A DNA stretch of 64,000 bases from Octopus bimaculoides. Lineage: Eukaryota. The DNA lies in contig NC_068984.1 of assembly GCF_001194135.2 (NCBI RefSeq), positions 106,839,427-106,903,426 of the forward strand, given 5' to 3'. Below, piece after piece: positions 14,050-26,870 of the stretch; the first letter of the stretch is position 1, and each line of letters starts with the position of its first letter. The notes beneath the pieces are model-generated. The model did no database searches. It was not told where the DNA came from and worked only from the letters and a program-made list of their open reading frames with translations. Position numbers and translations under genes: made by a program.

Positions 14050-14830
14050 AAATTTTTCGGGATGAGTTTTGCTTATTTTTATCTCTTCGGTATTGATAAA
14101 ATATGTATCAGTATAATACTGTAACAAATTGAAGAGACGACAACCATGTCTGAAATCTGAGTTTGGCCAACGCTCGAATTGTTTATATTGACCGGTATGA
14201 TCGTTAGAGTGTTGACATAGACACTTTGCAGTATGTAATCACAACTATTTTCGTTCAAACATCTCATTAAATTCTCTTCTCTCCAATTCTGAAATGGGAC
14301 ACTGAATTCTGTGTGATGTATTCAATCAAAGACATCCTTCACATTTATTGCTTACTTTGTATATTGCTTCTTACTGTGCTCACTATCTTCCAGAACTAGT
14401 CCTTTCCGATCCACCAATGATATAACAAACAACTTCGAAAGTATCTCCGGTCGCTTCTAGTTGACTGTGTCAATGTCCCTTTCGTCACACTCAAATAAAG
14501 ATTCTATCGATGTTTGTATCATCTTTTCTCACTCCTTTCTAACATCTTAACGACTGTAAATCCCTGTTCCTTTTTGCCATCGAAAATAGGTTGAAACAGT
14601 ATAACTGCTCTTGGCTTAACATAGTATTCTATGCTGCGTGGTACACGAATCTCTCTTTACTTCTGTCGTGAGATTCCCTAAGATACTAACCACAAGGCTT
14701 TTGGATTGGCTTCAGTTTATCAATATTTTTTATAATCTCAGCACTTTGTACAGACACAATTCGTCTCAGAATATTCAAGTATAGCATTATGATAGGGAAA
14801 AGTTTGTAAATGATACCACGTCTTTGTTGA
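14050..14830 (-). mobile_element. highly degenerate LINE RT remnant (RTE/CR1-like)
   Basis: Weak minus-strand similarity (QLEATGDTFEVVCYIIGG.. to the LEVVDxFxYLGS region); many stops. Confidence 0.3.
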
Positions 14831-17200
14831 TTTGTTACTAATGCCAAATAGGGGAAGGAAAGAAAATAGAAAAATTGTATGAGTTTGTAGAAAAGTAAAG
14901 CGATGAGGTGAAGAATATTGTAGATGAGAATTATGATGATGACCACCACAACGATGGGTTTTATATTTTTCACTGGCTGTATAACGAACCTCTATATTTT
15001 GAAGGGTTGTCCTGAATCCCACACGATCAACAAATATATGTTAAGCAAAACCAGGATGTAAATGAAATTGCAAAGTGAACCGAGAGGATTGGCGTACTAA
15101 ACTCTAAACCCGAATATTCTCAGCTTGTTTGAATACTGTTCTCAATAGTTCAACCGGTGAAACAAGGTAAAGCAGATAAAAAAAATATGCATCTTTGTCA
15201 GAAAGAAAGGCCTGCAGCAGGCTTGAAATCGAAATCCTCGAAGAGTGATTCAACATTTTTTTTTCCTTTTTAAAAATAATATACAAAAGTATATCTATAA
15301 ATCGAAGGACCATCTTTTAAATATACGGGTATCTACAGTGCTTGTGTTCTCACATTGACACATTGTATCAATTTAATTCCTTTGCAAAATATTACAGATT
15401 TTTGAGGGAAAGAAAGAAAGTCATTTCAGTTGTTCCATCACATGAACACTGGTAATTATTCTATCGCTTTGAATGACAAAGTAAATCCCGGTGAGGTTTA
15501 CAACTAGAATGTAAAAGGATATGCGTCACTACCGCAATAACTGCAACGCGTTGTTATCATCATACATTCTTTAACAATCTAACGTTTGTGCCTCTCAACG
15601 CCCTGCTACTTTATATTACTATTAGCTTATGATATATTGTGTCATATTCTTTTAAGGTTTTACAAATCCAGAGACACTTGAGATCCATTATAGCAATCCA
15701 TAATATGGTTTCAGAAACGAAGCCTCAATATCTGTTTTTCTTTTTTTGAATAGTAAAGTAGCAAGATGTATCGGATTTCGATTTACAAACTCGGAAGATT
15801 TTTATAAATATGCATAAGAATGAAATTTGAATTTTTATGTCGTTTCTTGTGGTGATAGTATATTTCCTTCATTGCTGAAGACAAAAAAATAATCATGAAT
15901 AACGAAGCTGACAAAAAATGTTTCTTTTGTGGAGATACAGAAAAAATATATCGAAATATTTCGGAACTTGTTGAAATTCCCTTTGCTGAGAAATAGTTCA
16001 GTTCTGTATAACATTTTAAATTGTTTCTAGAAAAACCATCGTAGAATCTTTATCTTGAAAAGAAGAGAAAAACTCAACGTTGATGAAATATGGTGTTATC
16101 TATTCAAATTAATCACAAAGTCCCACAGTTGCATGAATATTTATTTTAGTCAAACGATGTATCACTTGGTGATTTATTGACTGTGGGAAGCTCTTTCTAC
16201 ATTTATTTGTATACAAGCCATGTAAATAAACTAAAACACCTCCATCTAGTTAGTACTGACAAATTCAACAATCATTTAGATTGCGGTGGTGTACGAAGTA
16301 ATCACGGCTTCAGGTGTATTTACACTTTCCAGAATTTTAATTGCTATCCAATCACCTCCTCGCGTGGAATATTACTTTGAAAATTAAGTCTAGCTCATCA
16401 GGATTTAGGGATTTCATCATTTATTTACAGCATGCACTTAGACGGCTGAAGATTTGCGACAAGCATATCAAAAGTAGATTCGTATCAACTATGTCAGCTG
16501 CCCGCTATCGATGGCTGCAGAAAGCAAGTAACCCACCAGGCACAGTAATCTACTTGTGCAATGTATCTGTCAAATGTACCTCTTTCTTTAGAGGGATATC
16601 ATCTTTATGTGTCTGTATTGATGGTTTTTTAATCAAAGCTGAAGAGAAGACAACGACGGCAACAACGTCGGCAACAACGTCAATGGTGCACAGGTTTTGC
16701 AATGCTTCAATCTGTTTCTGAAATTAATGCAGATAAAACTGAGAACTCGAAGGTTGAGCTGCTAACATGTAGGTGAAACGGACAAGACTACTGTATATAA
16801 CAACCTTTAAATCCAATCAACACAAATGTATCTGCAAGTAACGCTGTCGACATGACAAAAAGAACTCGCCAAATTTCCAGCAACATGTCTTTCTTCATAA
16901 TCACAGTCCCTAAATTATAGTCTAGACTGTCTAAATTTATGAAGGAATTGCAGGAGCCAAAGTTTCAATCACATGAAAGCCTAAGAAAAATAACGAATTC
17001 TGGCTCACTGTTGCCTTCAATGTGGCTCCCTTCAAATGTTTCCTACTTTAGAACAATGAAAGTCTCCTGATCACTATAAGTAGTCCGCTCGTTTTACGAC
17101 CCGGCCACAAAATCTGTACATTATACGGGTTTGGTGTGGTCCTTTGATACGTCACGATGCATTACAGGCATGTATGATGTAGTGCTTCAGAAACATTCCC

Positions 17201-17437
17201 AGGCGGCTAGCTGGCAGAAACGTTAGCACGCCGGACGAAATGCTTAGCTGTATTTCGTTTGCCATTACGTTCTGAGTTCAAATTCCGCAGAGGTCGACTT
17301 TGCCTTTCATTCTTTCGGGGTCGATTAAATAAGTACCAGTTACGCACTGGGGTCGATATAATCGACTTAATCCCTTTGTCTGTCCTTGTTTGTTCCCTCT
17401 ATGTTTAGCCCCTTGTGGGCAATAAAGAAATAAGAAA
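17201..17437 (+). mobile_element. SINE family A, young copy with an alternative 3' tail
   Basis: AGGCGGCTAGCTGGCAGAAACGTTAGCACGCCGG (A-box) ... GAGTTCAAATTCCG (B-box) ... AATAAGTACCAG core ... A-rich end AATAAAGAAATAAGAAA. Confidence 0.9.
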
Positions 17438-20035
17438 CATTCCCTTCGTCGATTTATCTGGGATGATACACGCTTGAGTATGTTTAAGCCGTATATGTTT
17501 GAGCACAAGTTAAGTAAACCGGAAAAGAAAATGACAGTACATATAAACAGTAAATTATCCACACACACATTGATATATTCAATCCTTGCACAGTAGTCAT
17601 ACCTCCTGATAAATGATATTTACCATGAACACTAATATCAGTGTGGTTTTGACCAGTGAATGACCGGTGAGAGCTGTCTTACAGATTATATTTGAAATCA
17701 GGTGAAAGAATAACGGTGCCTCTGAAGTGTAGTCCACTTAACTGCATGAAGGTTTCGGAGATTTAATATATGTTTCTAGTGAATTAAGAAAGTGTTCTCA
17801 AAAACAGAACAAAATATTTATAACGGAATTGAACTCATACCCTATGAATAGTATATACCAGTACCTAAACTACTTGGCCAATTCTGTTTTTTGTTGATAT
17901 TAACATACCGACCCTCTGTCCTTCTAACCAGTCATCGTTGCTTGATTGATTGAACCTGGCCCAAATAATCAAACCAATAGTAATATAAAGTAACAGGATG
18001 GTTTGAGAGGCACAAATGTTAGATTGTTAAAAACATGTATGATAAAAACAAGGTATTGCAGAGGTATTGCAGTAGTGATGAACGTTCAGTTTTACATTTT
18101 ACTCTTTCAAAGCTAATATGTTTATTAATGTAATTAACGGACATAAGATGTTCTGATGGTATTTTGTATCACAGAATATTGTGTTTTGATATCGTGTTCC
18201 TTTTGAAAGTGTTTGTTTCTCGTGTTGAGAAAAATGACAAAACACAAAATACTTTCTCGCGGAAGCGTTACGCCCCTACTTGGTAGACAACTAACAAACA
18301 TTCTTGCATGAATTATTGAATATGGAATAGGTGATACAATGAACTTGATATGAGGAAAGTACGAGAATGTAAAGTAGCTAGTGGAAACGTTCTCTCCTTC
18401 ACATAGCATAATTAAAGGGATATAAACTAGCGAACCGTATGACAAATCGATTTTAAGTAGATATGCTAACAAGTGGTTAAAAAATATTCTATCGAGAAAT
18501 GATTCAATTTTTATCCTCCAGTTACACAGACTGTTAATTCTATATTACCATAAAAGATTTTGCAATTCTTGATATGCCTTCGTTGGATCACTAAATGAAG
18601 GAAGAACTTGCATCGTTTTAATTTACGAGTAAGTAGAATTTTTTCCCCAGTCTGTGTAACCGAAACATTTTAGATCGCACGTCTACTGGAGTTCAGAGTT
18701 AATATTTTCAACAGATTACTCTCTAAAGTAATAGATGACAAATAGCCACCTAAGAGTCATCATTACAATTAATTAAAGACGGAAAATATCAATATGGAAA
18801 GTTATAACAGTTCACAATGAAGAACTAGAACATTCCAAACGGATTGTGCATTGAATTATGCACAATCGTGTGTGCCAAACTGTTTTTAACGGAAAGAAGA
18901 TTTTAGTTTCAGTGACAGAATGGTAGAGATGTGTTTCATGGAAACTAGTCCCAGTACAATAATCTTTATAAAAAAAATGCATAAAAATTAATTTGAATAA
19001 AAAAGAAGAAAAAAAAACATTAATTTTTAGTGTCTCTTTAGTATTTTATCACGCACCATATCTTTTGCTGAGATTTAATAGTACTATAGGATTAAGCTAC
19101 AAGATTTTAACACAGCATCGGACTATTTTCTAAAGAAACTAAATTTCTATTTTATGGAGATTAGAATTTAATATTGGGTGAAATAGGATAAACAATGTTA
19201 CAGGAGTTTTTTTTTATACATTAATTAGTTTAGTTCACAGGCTAAAGAATATAACAATTCTATTCACTATAAATCGCAAATTTAAAATTATAAATTCTAT
19301 TTAACATTATTTTGTGGCCATTGCTGATATCCTGTTTCGATTTCAGACTGCAAATCATTTTCGTGACTTATGCTGTAATAAATCTTCATGGAGTCACCTA
19401 AATTTTCAAGTTAATCTTAAAGCTGGTCAAGAAGAAATCTTTATTACAGGAATACAAGCTGTTTCCTATAAATTAGAATTTGCAACTGATTTCCGTGTAT
19501 TCGCAGATGATTTTTATTTCTGTGCTGTAGCAATTTTACCCTTTGTTTCTAATTATTTATCATTCTATTTTTCTTGCGATCGTTCGGAGGGGCAGCTTAT
19601 TCTTAATTTAGCTTTATATTTAAGCTGAAGACCTTTCGTATGTAAAAATGCTATTAAATCGTCGTCGCTGTTACTATTTCCCCTCCTCTAATCAGGTTAA
19701 AATATCTACAACTATATCAGAATATAAAAAAAATTCAGAAAATTTTTGGTGATCGTGTAATTATATTGTAACTCAAGATTATGTAAAGTAGTATATTTTT
19801 ATAAATACATAAACATCTAAAATTAGCATAGAGAAAGGTGAAAAACTGTGACTATCTGAGATTTTCTAAGGACGTGAAAAGCTTTTACAGAACGAAAGTA
19901 TATTAAGTGAAACAACACGGAATACATTTCCACAGACCTACCTGTTTTACAGCTCCCAACAACACCATTTAAAATACTGAGAAATTATATAAACATACAT
20001 ACACACATGTATGTATGTGTATGTATGTATGTATG

Positions 20036-20079
<44 letters not shown>

Positions 20080-21300
20080 ATGAGGATATCTACATTCTGA
20101 CATAAAAAATACATTATTTCTTTGGATATAGAATATGCGTCAACATTCACTTTGAGGAAAATGTACTCAAATTCTATTATAAGTTATTCTAATACACTAT
20201 AAAATGTATTAGATTTATAAAAAGCAGATAATGTAATACAGCTGAGCATATAAACCATTTATAGAGAGAAAAAAAAGCTATTTTTTGTTCTTATTAAGTG
20301 TATATTTATATGTTGCAAAAATACACGTAGCAATCGGTACGAATTCATAAAAGAGTGTATGTAATTCATATTTTTTGCCTCTCTGGTGAATCATTTCTTT
20401 ACATTATAAATAAAGAACCAAATAATTCTTACATCTAAACTTCATGGATTTGAGTATATGACAAAAATTTCTCCCTGGTTATTATATTGGGGAGAAATTT
20501 CTGTGTTAAGTGGATTTATATTATGGTTGCTATCCATTAGCTATCTCTTAAGTTTCTTCAATGTTTCTTCAATAGGACTCTTGACCTCAGTTACATCTGA
20601 GATAGGGTCCGGACCACTTACCACATGAATGATATTCTTGCATCATTTCTATCCTTTATTTGCTGATATCACAAGCAGTAACATTAATAATTTTCAAGAT
20701 AACCCATCAGTATAACAACGTATTATTGATGAACAAGAATTTTGTCCGTCATAAACTGAGAAAAATTTCATAGTATACTTTTGCCAACAACGGTAATATA
20801 AGGAAACATGGTATTCATACAATATTTAGAATTTAAGCTCTATCAAATTAGTCGGTGATTATAGAAAATGAATATTAACTTCCAAAAGAAAAATATTTAT
20901 TACTTGAAATTAGAATGAAATAAAGTAAGTTTCTCAGATGTATATCTGTAATAAATATACGGTATTGTTTTTGTAAATTTTATCAACATAATCAGAATGT
21001 ATTCTACCGAAAACGTATCTCAGCGAAATTTCATTAAAAAAATATGTATTTTTTCGAAAGATATAAGATACTCTTCTCGCACCTCTTATGCTAATTTTCT
21101 CTGTATCTTTCTTTTGGTCTCTCTCTCTCTCTCTCTCTTCTCTTCTCACAACACGATGTAAAGCGTGATTAAGGAATCAACCAACGAACCAACCAACGTG
21201 CATTTATATCGGCTATTATCAAATATAAACGTAACATATTCTCTTGCTGTTCTTGTCTAAGTTTCGAAATAATTTGAAATACTTTATTCTGGCTGTATCA

Positions 21301-21436
21301 TTTCGGCAACAGAGACCGGTAAAATAAGAGCCAGATTTTGAAATAAGTACTGCAGACCATTTTTGTTTTCAACTAAAACCATTCAAGGTTGTGCTCTTGC
21401 ATGGCCACAACCCAACGACTGAAACATGTAAAGGAG
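21301..21436 (+). mobile_element. SINE family B, 3' half, degenerate
   Basis: CGGCAACAGAGACCGGTAAAATAAG...GTGCTCTTGCATGGCCAC...GACTGAAACATGTAAAGGAG matches 43950-44077. Confidence 0.7.
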
Positions 21437-22823
21437 ACACGAACGAATCTGTGTTCACATTTAGATATTGTCTAACTTTCACTACAAATTGTAAATAGAG
21501 AAAAGATTTAAAAAGTAATTGTTTTACAATTTTTGACATAAGGCCAGCAGTTTAAATAGTAGCTTGTTAGTTCATTACATCGACCCATATTTGATTGGTT
21601 CTTAGTTTTAATGACTTCTATAGGAGGAAGCATAAAGTTGGCCTGAATGTAATTTGTACTGAGGACGTAAAAAGCAGGAAGAAATCCCACTGAGAATGTT
21701 TGTCCAACGCGTTAATGATTCTGGACGCTCACCGCCTCGTATAAAGGTCGTATCACTATATTAATCAATTATCTTTCAAGGAATCAGAATCAGGTGAACG
21801 GTATAGTTATTGGTGCATGAGATTAATGTCGTAATATGTAACAAGCATACACTCGTTAATTACTTGTTGAGAACTGCTTAAGTTTCTAATAAAATTAATG
21901 TCAGATATATAAATGAACCAAAAGGATTAAACTTATTTCTGCCACGACGGCAGATTCTACTTTACCCGTTGCCACTTCACATTTTAGAAAAAGCATCCAA
22001 ATGTCCGTCTCACAGAAATGATGAGACGAGATGATCATGGTATATGCACTTTTGATTATGCATCAGCTCGATCGGGTTTGACTTGGGGCCAAACAGCCAT
22101 TGAGTCTACGCATGAAATTAATGGCTAAACGAGACGCAATGGAGTTTCTGTTAATAATAACAAAACTAAAACAACAATTGCTATATTTTTTTTATAACCA
22201 ACATTATAATTGGCATTACCCTTATCAAAACATTTTTTCTGATACAAATTTGAGAAAGCAAATGAAAAATATAATACTAATAATAAACGGAATACATGAA
22301 AGTTAAATTGAAGTAGACATAATATTCGAATGTTTTTCTTTTATATTTCTCATTGCTGCAGTCAGTTCACTTCTGTTTTTCCTCATTGAATTCTAAAATT
22401 AAACAATAGGTTGAATGAAGAGAAAATTAATTATAATTTCAACTTCTATAAACGAAAGTAAACTCAATATCTCACAGGACATAAACAACATAGGATGACA
22501 ATTTAACAGAATAACTGCAATTTAATGTAATGCAATTGCCTAGGAGGAGAATTAAGAGGATAAATAGAACACATTAAAATGATAGAACAAGCTATTTGCC
22601 AAAGCAAAACAATTATTAAGTCCATTATATTGTCAAATGCCCAAATACATTCGAACACAGGCATTCAAACATATACATGGATATATGCCGCTTAGATATT
22701 CATGCAATCCTCAACGCTGTGCATGCGTTTGGATTTTATAGAATAATTCATTTTCCTTCGCGTTGAAGCTTGTGAAATAAACCAAATTTTAAATATTTAT
22801 ATGTTTATATATATGTATATGAA

Positions 22824-22864
<41 letters not shown>

Positions 22865-23570
22865 ATTGGGAGCTTGTGGTACAAAAGAATGCTTTAANNN
22901 NNNNNNNNNNNNNNNNNNNNNNNNNNTGTGTGTGTGTGTGTGTGTGTGTGTGTATTGGGAGCTTGTGGTACAAAAGAATGCTTTAAAACTTTTGAAAGTA
23001 GGTTTTAGTTCTCATGTATGAATATCACTGCTGATAAAGCAGTAAAGGTGCAACATCCGACTTCTCTTTTATTTGAGAATTAATCAGCAGAATTCGCCTA
23101 CATAAGCATAAGCAACATAAACATAGTAACCAAGACAACCGGCGTTGATCAGGGTTTTTTTTAAACTAGTAAGTTTCAGTGAAATTGTGTATGGAATTTT
23201 TCACACCCCCCTCTTCCCCCTACGTAGTAGAGTACAGTAAAGAGCTTGTCCACCTTCAGATTTATTCTGTGCTATCCAGTAGTAGTATTACACGTACTTC
23301 CAGGTTGCGTTTGGGCATCTGTCGTTGTGAATAGGTAATTGGAAAAATGCCGTCCACGACAGACAGATAGGATGTTCTTGAAGCCGAGAATTTTAAACTT
23401 ATGGAGAAAATATTTACAAATCGCCTGAGGAAACAAGATCTCATAATGCAGGGAAACAGTTGCATAATCAAGTACCTTCACCCCTGGAGAACTACGTTGC
23501 GTTGAAACAGTTGTAGGGATTAAGAATTAAATGTCCAACCGTACCCCTTTTTCTGGACTCCAGTTTTTCA

Positions 23571-23640
<70 letters not shown>

Positions 23641-23666
23641 CAGATATATATATATATAAGTGCAAG

Positions 23667-23704
<38 letters not shown>

Positions 23705-23758
23705 GAATGAAACAATTTCAGTTCGCAATAGTTTAATAAGGAAATACAATAGAAACTC

Positions 23759-24165
23759 CAGCTAAGTCACGAGTATTTATTCACAATTAACTTTTATTTC
23801 TTGTCTTACAAGTGTTCAATTTAGACACCACCTGCTGCACGGGAAACATGAATGTTATAAGCGATTTCCTCCCAGACGTGTATTAGCATATCACGATCTA
23901 GTGAGTACTTCTTTAGCTGTCTTGTTCAATGCTTTATCAAAGTTTTTGCATTTCCCTTCTATGTCAATATCTTCTGGAATTGCCTCAAGCAAATCAAATT
24001 TATTCTTTTGTTCCATAATGAACTTGCTTTTGTTATGCTGATACGCGTTTGGGAGGAATTCTCTTATGGCATTGATGCTACTCGTGCTGTAGTAGGTGGC
24101 CACATTGAACACTTGTAAGACAGCAAATAAAAGTTGGTTGCGAGTATATACTTGTGGCTTTGCTG
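23759..24165. mobile_element. foldback/MITE-like element with about 130-bp inverted arms
   Basis: 23759-23890 is the diverged reverse complement of 24034-24165 (e.g. AACTTTTATTTCTTGTCTTACAAGTGTTCAAT versus ATTGAACACTTGTAAGACAGCAAATAAAAGTT); spacer about 143 bp. Confidence 0.85.
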
Positions 24166-24309
24166 TATATAATGAGTTAGAGGTTATGCAACCATCTAAG
24201 AGATAAATGTATCCGTAGGCACAACCGGTGCATTATCTAACTATGTATAGGGCTTGCTATAAGGTTAACAGTAGTTGGTAATTTAAAAAAATAGACCGTG
24301 GTTTAATAT

Positions 24310-24504
24310 ATTCAGATATGAGTTGATATGGAGCAACAATTAACAATTATAAGTTGATCATTAATATCAAATGGTCATAGTTTAATTATAGTTAAAATAA
24401 CATTTACCGCTGTTTCAGTTTGTTATTTTAACTGTATGATCATTTAATACCATTGATTAACTTCTAATTGTTAATTGTTGCTCCATTTCTCCTCTTATCT
24501 GAAT
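24310..24504. repeat. long imperfect hairpin, arms about 85-93 bp, 18-nt loop
   Basis: ATTCAGATA..ATGGAGCAACAATTAACAATTA..AGTTAAAATAACA (24310-24402) pairs with TGTTATTTTAACT..TAATTGTTAATTGTTGCTCCAT..TATCTGAAT (24421-24504). Confidence 0.9.
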
Positions 24505-24684
24505 ACATATATATATATTGTATAAAATTCCTGCATAAGGCTGGAACAATACGAAATAAATCCAAGGTAAATCACAAGAAAGCAGACATAGGAATTACTG
24601 TTGACTTACCCTAGGAATTAGCAAATGTTGCAGATGTACATGTGTGTGAGTATGTGGGGAGTAGACATGCGCAGAAGGTTGTTG

Positions 24685-26870
24685 TTATAGGAACCAACTA
24701 GCTTCATGTAACTCTCTTTTGTTGTTGATAGTGGGCTCCTGTTGTATTAATATGGCTTCGGAGATTCTTAGGTTGCCTCTGTTGTGCCTGTTGTGCTGTG
24801 TTGCACTGAGGTGCACTGTGAACTCTCGGGCCTGGCATTTCCGTAGATGTTTCTTCACGGAAGTGTCTGTCTGCATGTGTTCTTTTATGCGTATGTATAG
24901 TTTTCTTTTTATGCATCCTATGTAGGATGTACCACATTTGCCGCGGCTGACTTTGTATAAAACATAGGTCCTCTGGCTCATTTTGGTGTCCTTGATGAGG
25001 CAATTTGATAATGTGCACTCCTCGATGTTATGAAAGGTGTTGTCCGTATTTAGAACTTTTCTCAGGGCTGGACCAGGGTGTATTATTTGAATGTCGAGTC
25101 CCTCTCTGCGGACTGCATGTTTTATCGCAGCAATAGATCTTTCATCAAAACGTGGTAGCTTTAGGAAGAATTTACCGGACTTGGGAGTATGAGGGTCCTT
25201 CCGGGTTTATTGGCTCGGATGTTCTTTAGGTGCTGTTGTTTGGCTAAAGATGGTGGATAGCCATTCAAGGTTAGGTCTCTGAGGAATTGCTTGTTGTTGG
25301 TGACACTGTCAATCACTTCGCTGCATTTGTTGCTTATTCGTGCAATCTCGTTTCTCATGTATACTGCTTTGGTTCTGGTGGGTAGGGTTGATTGGCAGTG
25401 GATGAAAGTTTTCTATTAGCAGCTTTTCTATAGAAGTTAGTAAATATGGAGCCTTCATCTGTGATCCTGCGTTGAAAGTCAAGCAGTGAAAGGGATCCGG
25501 ACTTATCTGGATGTTCGATCTCGAATTTTATGTGTATGTCGGTGTTATTCAAGGTCCGGTGTATGTTAATGGCCTCGGCCTTGGAGGACGCGATGAGGAT
25601 AGCATCAACATATCTTGAGAAGAATATGTATGTGTGGCAGGTGTTGAGTGCTGTGCGTTCTAACCTATTCATGAAAGGTGATGGCTAGCAGTCGTGAAAG
25701 GTTTGATCCCATTGATAGGCCAGAAGTCTGTTTGTAAATCACATGTCCGAGAGTATGAGGCCGAAGAGCTGGAGATGGATGGATAGAGAGGTGGGAGAAA
25801 ACGAAAGGGAAGATGGAGAGGAAGAGGGTATCGTGGAAGGAAAAGGAGATGAAGAGACAGGTAAGGAGTAAGAGTATGTGGGGCGGAATATAAGAATATG
25901 AAGGCTGTGATGTGGTCTGTAAGGTTATCGACAGCCGGGAGGGCAGGTACGGATGCGTAAAGGAAACTACGTCTAAATTGAAATAGTATTTGCAAGTTTT
26001 GAGTATGGAGGGGTCGATATCTTTGAGTCTTTGAAGATTTCGTGGGAACTACTGACGTGTCCGGGAAATGCGTGTAATAAAGGCTTGAGAAGTTTAGAAA
26101 AATCCAAGAAATCTTATACAAAGGACGATTAATTCAGAATACTATGGGTCTAATTCTAAGCTTAGGTCCGGGTTTGTAGGTTTTTATTAGATGATATAAG
26201 GATGGAAGGGTAGTGTTTTTGGATATGTAGTCAAGTCTAGTCTTCTTAGAGGGTTTCCTTTGGTTACAAATGTCGGTCCAGCTGGTGTTGATAATGGACT
26301 CCAGATTTTTTTTGGTGTGATGTTATTAATCTTTTCGTATAATGTGGTGTCGTTGAGGTGTTCGATAGCTAGTTATAGTTGAGTTCATCTATGACGTAAG
26401 ATTCTTTCTTTTTATCAGAATGTAGGAAGAAGAAGTTTTTGGCTCTTAAGCTTTGGAAGGTAAGGAGTTGGTATCTAGTAAGTTTGCGTGATGAGGAAGA
26501 GCGTTTATCTAATATGTTAAATATGGATTGGGTCTAGCTAGTTTATTGTTGAGTTCAGGTTTGTGTGGGGGAGGGCGGCGAGGGTTGTTGGGATGGTAGA
26601 CGGGGAATCTTAGTGCGGCGGAGGCGGAGTGAGTAAAGGGATTGGGGTTGGGGAAGTGGAGGGAAAGGAGGAGGTAGAAGAATGAAGAGAAGATGATGAC
26701 AACAATGAAGATGATAAAGACGACCATGATGAAGATGAAGAAGATGTAGATGATGGTGGGTGTGACGTCGACGGTGACGACGACATCACGGGTAAAGATG
26801 CTGGCAACGATGACGATAAGGACGAAAAGCATGTTGGGGTGGAGGGTAGATGTCTAAGGGTCAAGATCCA
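24685..26870 (-). mobile_element. Penelope-like element (RT + GIY-YIG endonuclease), near full-length ORF, disrupted
   Basis: Motifs in order KLRIRPIV, LYASVP, YKQTSGLSMGSNLS, FSRYVDAILI, IKFEIEHPDKSGSLSLLDF, FYRK, RISNKCS, NGYP, then LYKV..KCGTSYIG..RKLYIRIKEH..LRISEAILI..PTIN. Confidence 0.93.

Noticed and set aside
16200-17150. Coding-like minus-strand stretch with faint P-element-like wording (LSQIFSRL..)
   Set aside because: Many stops and no motif series I can defend without a search.
17201-17300. tRNA genes at SINE heads
   Set aside because: A/B boxes are present, but there is no complete cloverleaf and each continues into a shared SINE body.
18521-18660. Perfect 13-bp inverted repeat GTTACACAGACTG / CAGTCTGTGTAAC
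   Set aside because: Too short, with no TSD or second copy in the window; it could be a small MITE but is unsupported.
22865-22986. Duplicated ATTGGGAGCTTGTGGTACAAAAGAATGCTTTAA after (TG)n
   Set aside because: Identical copies on either side of an N-gap; assembly artefact.
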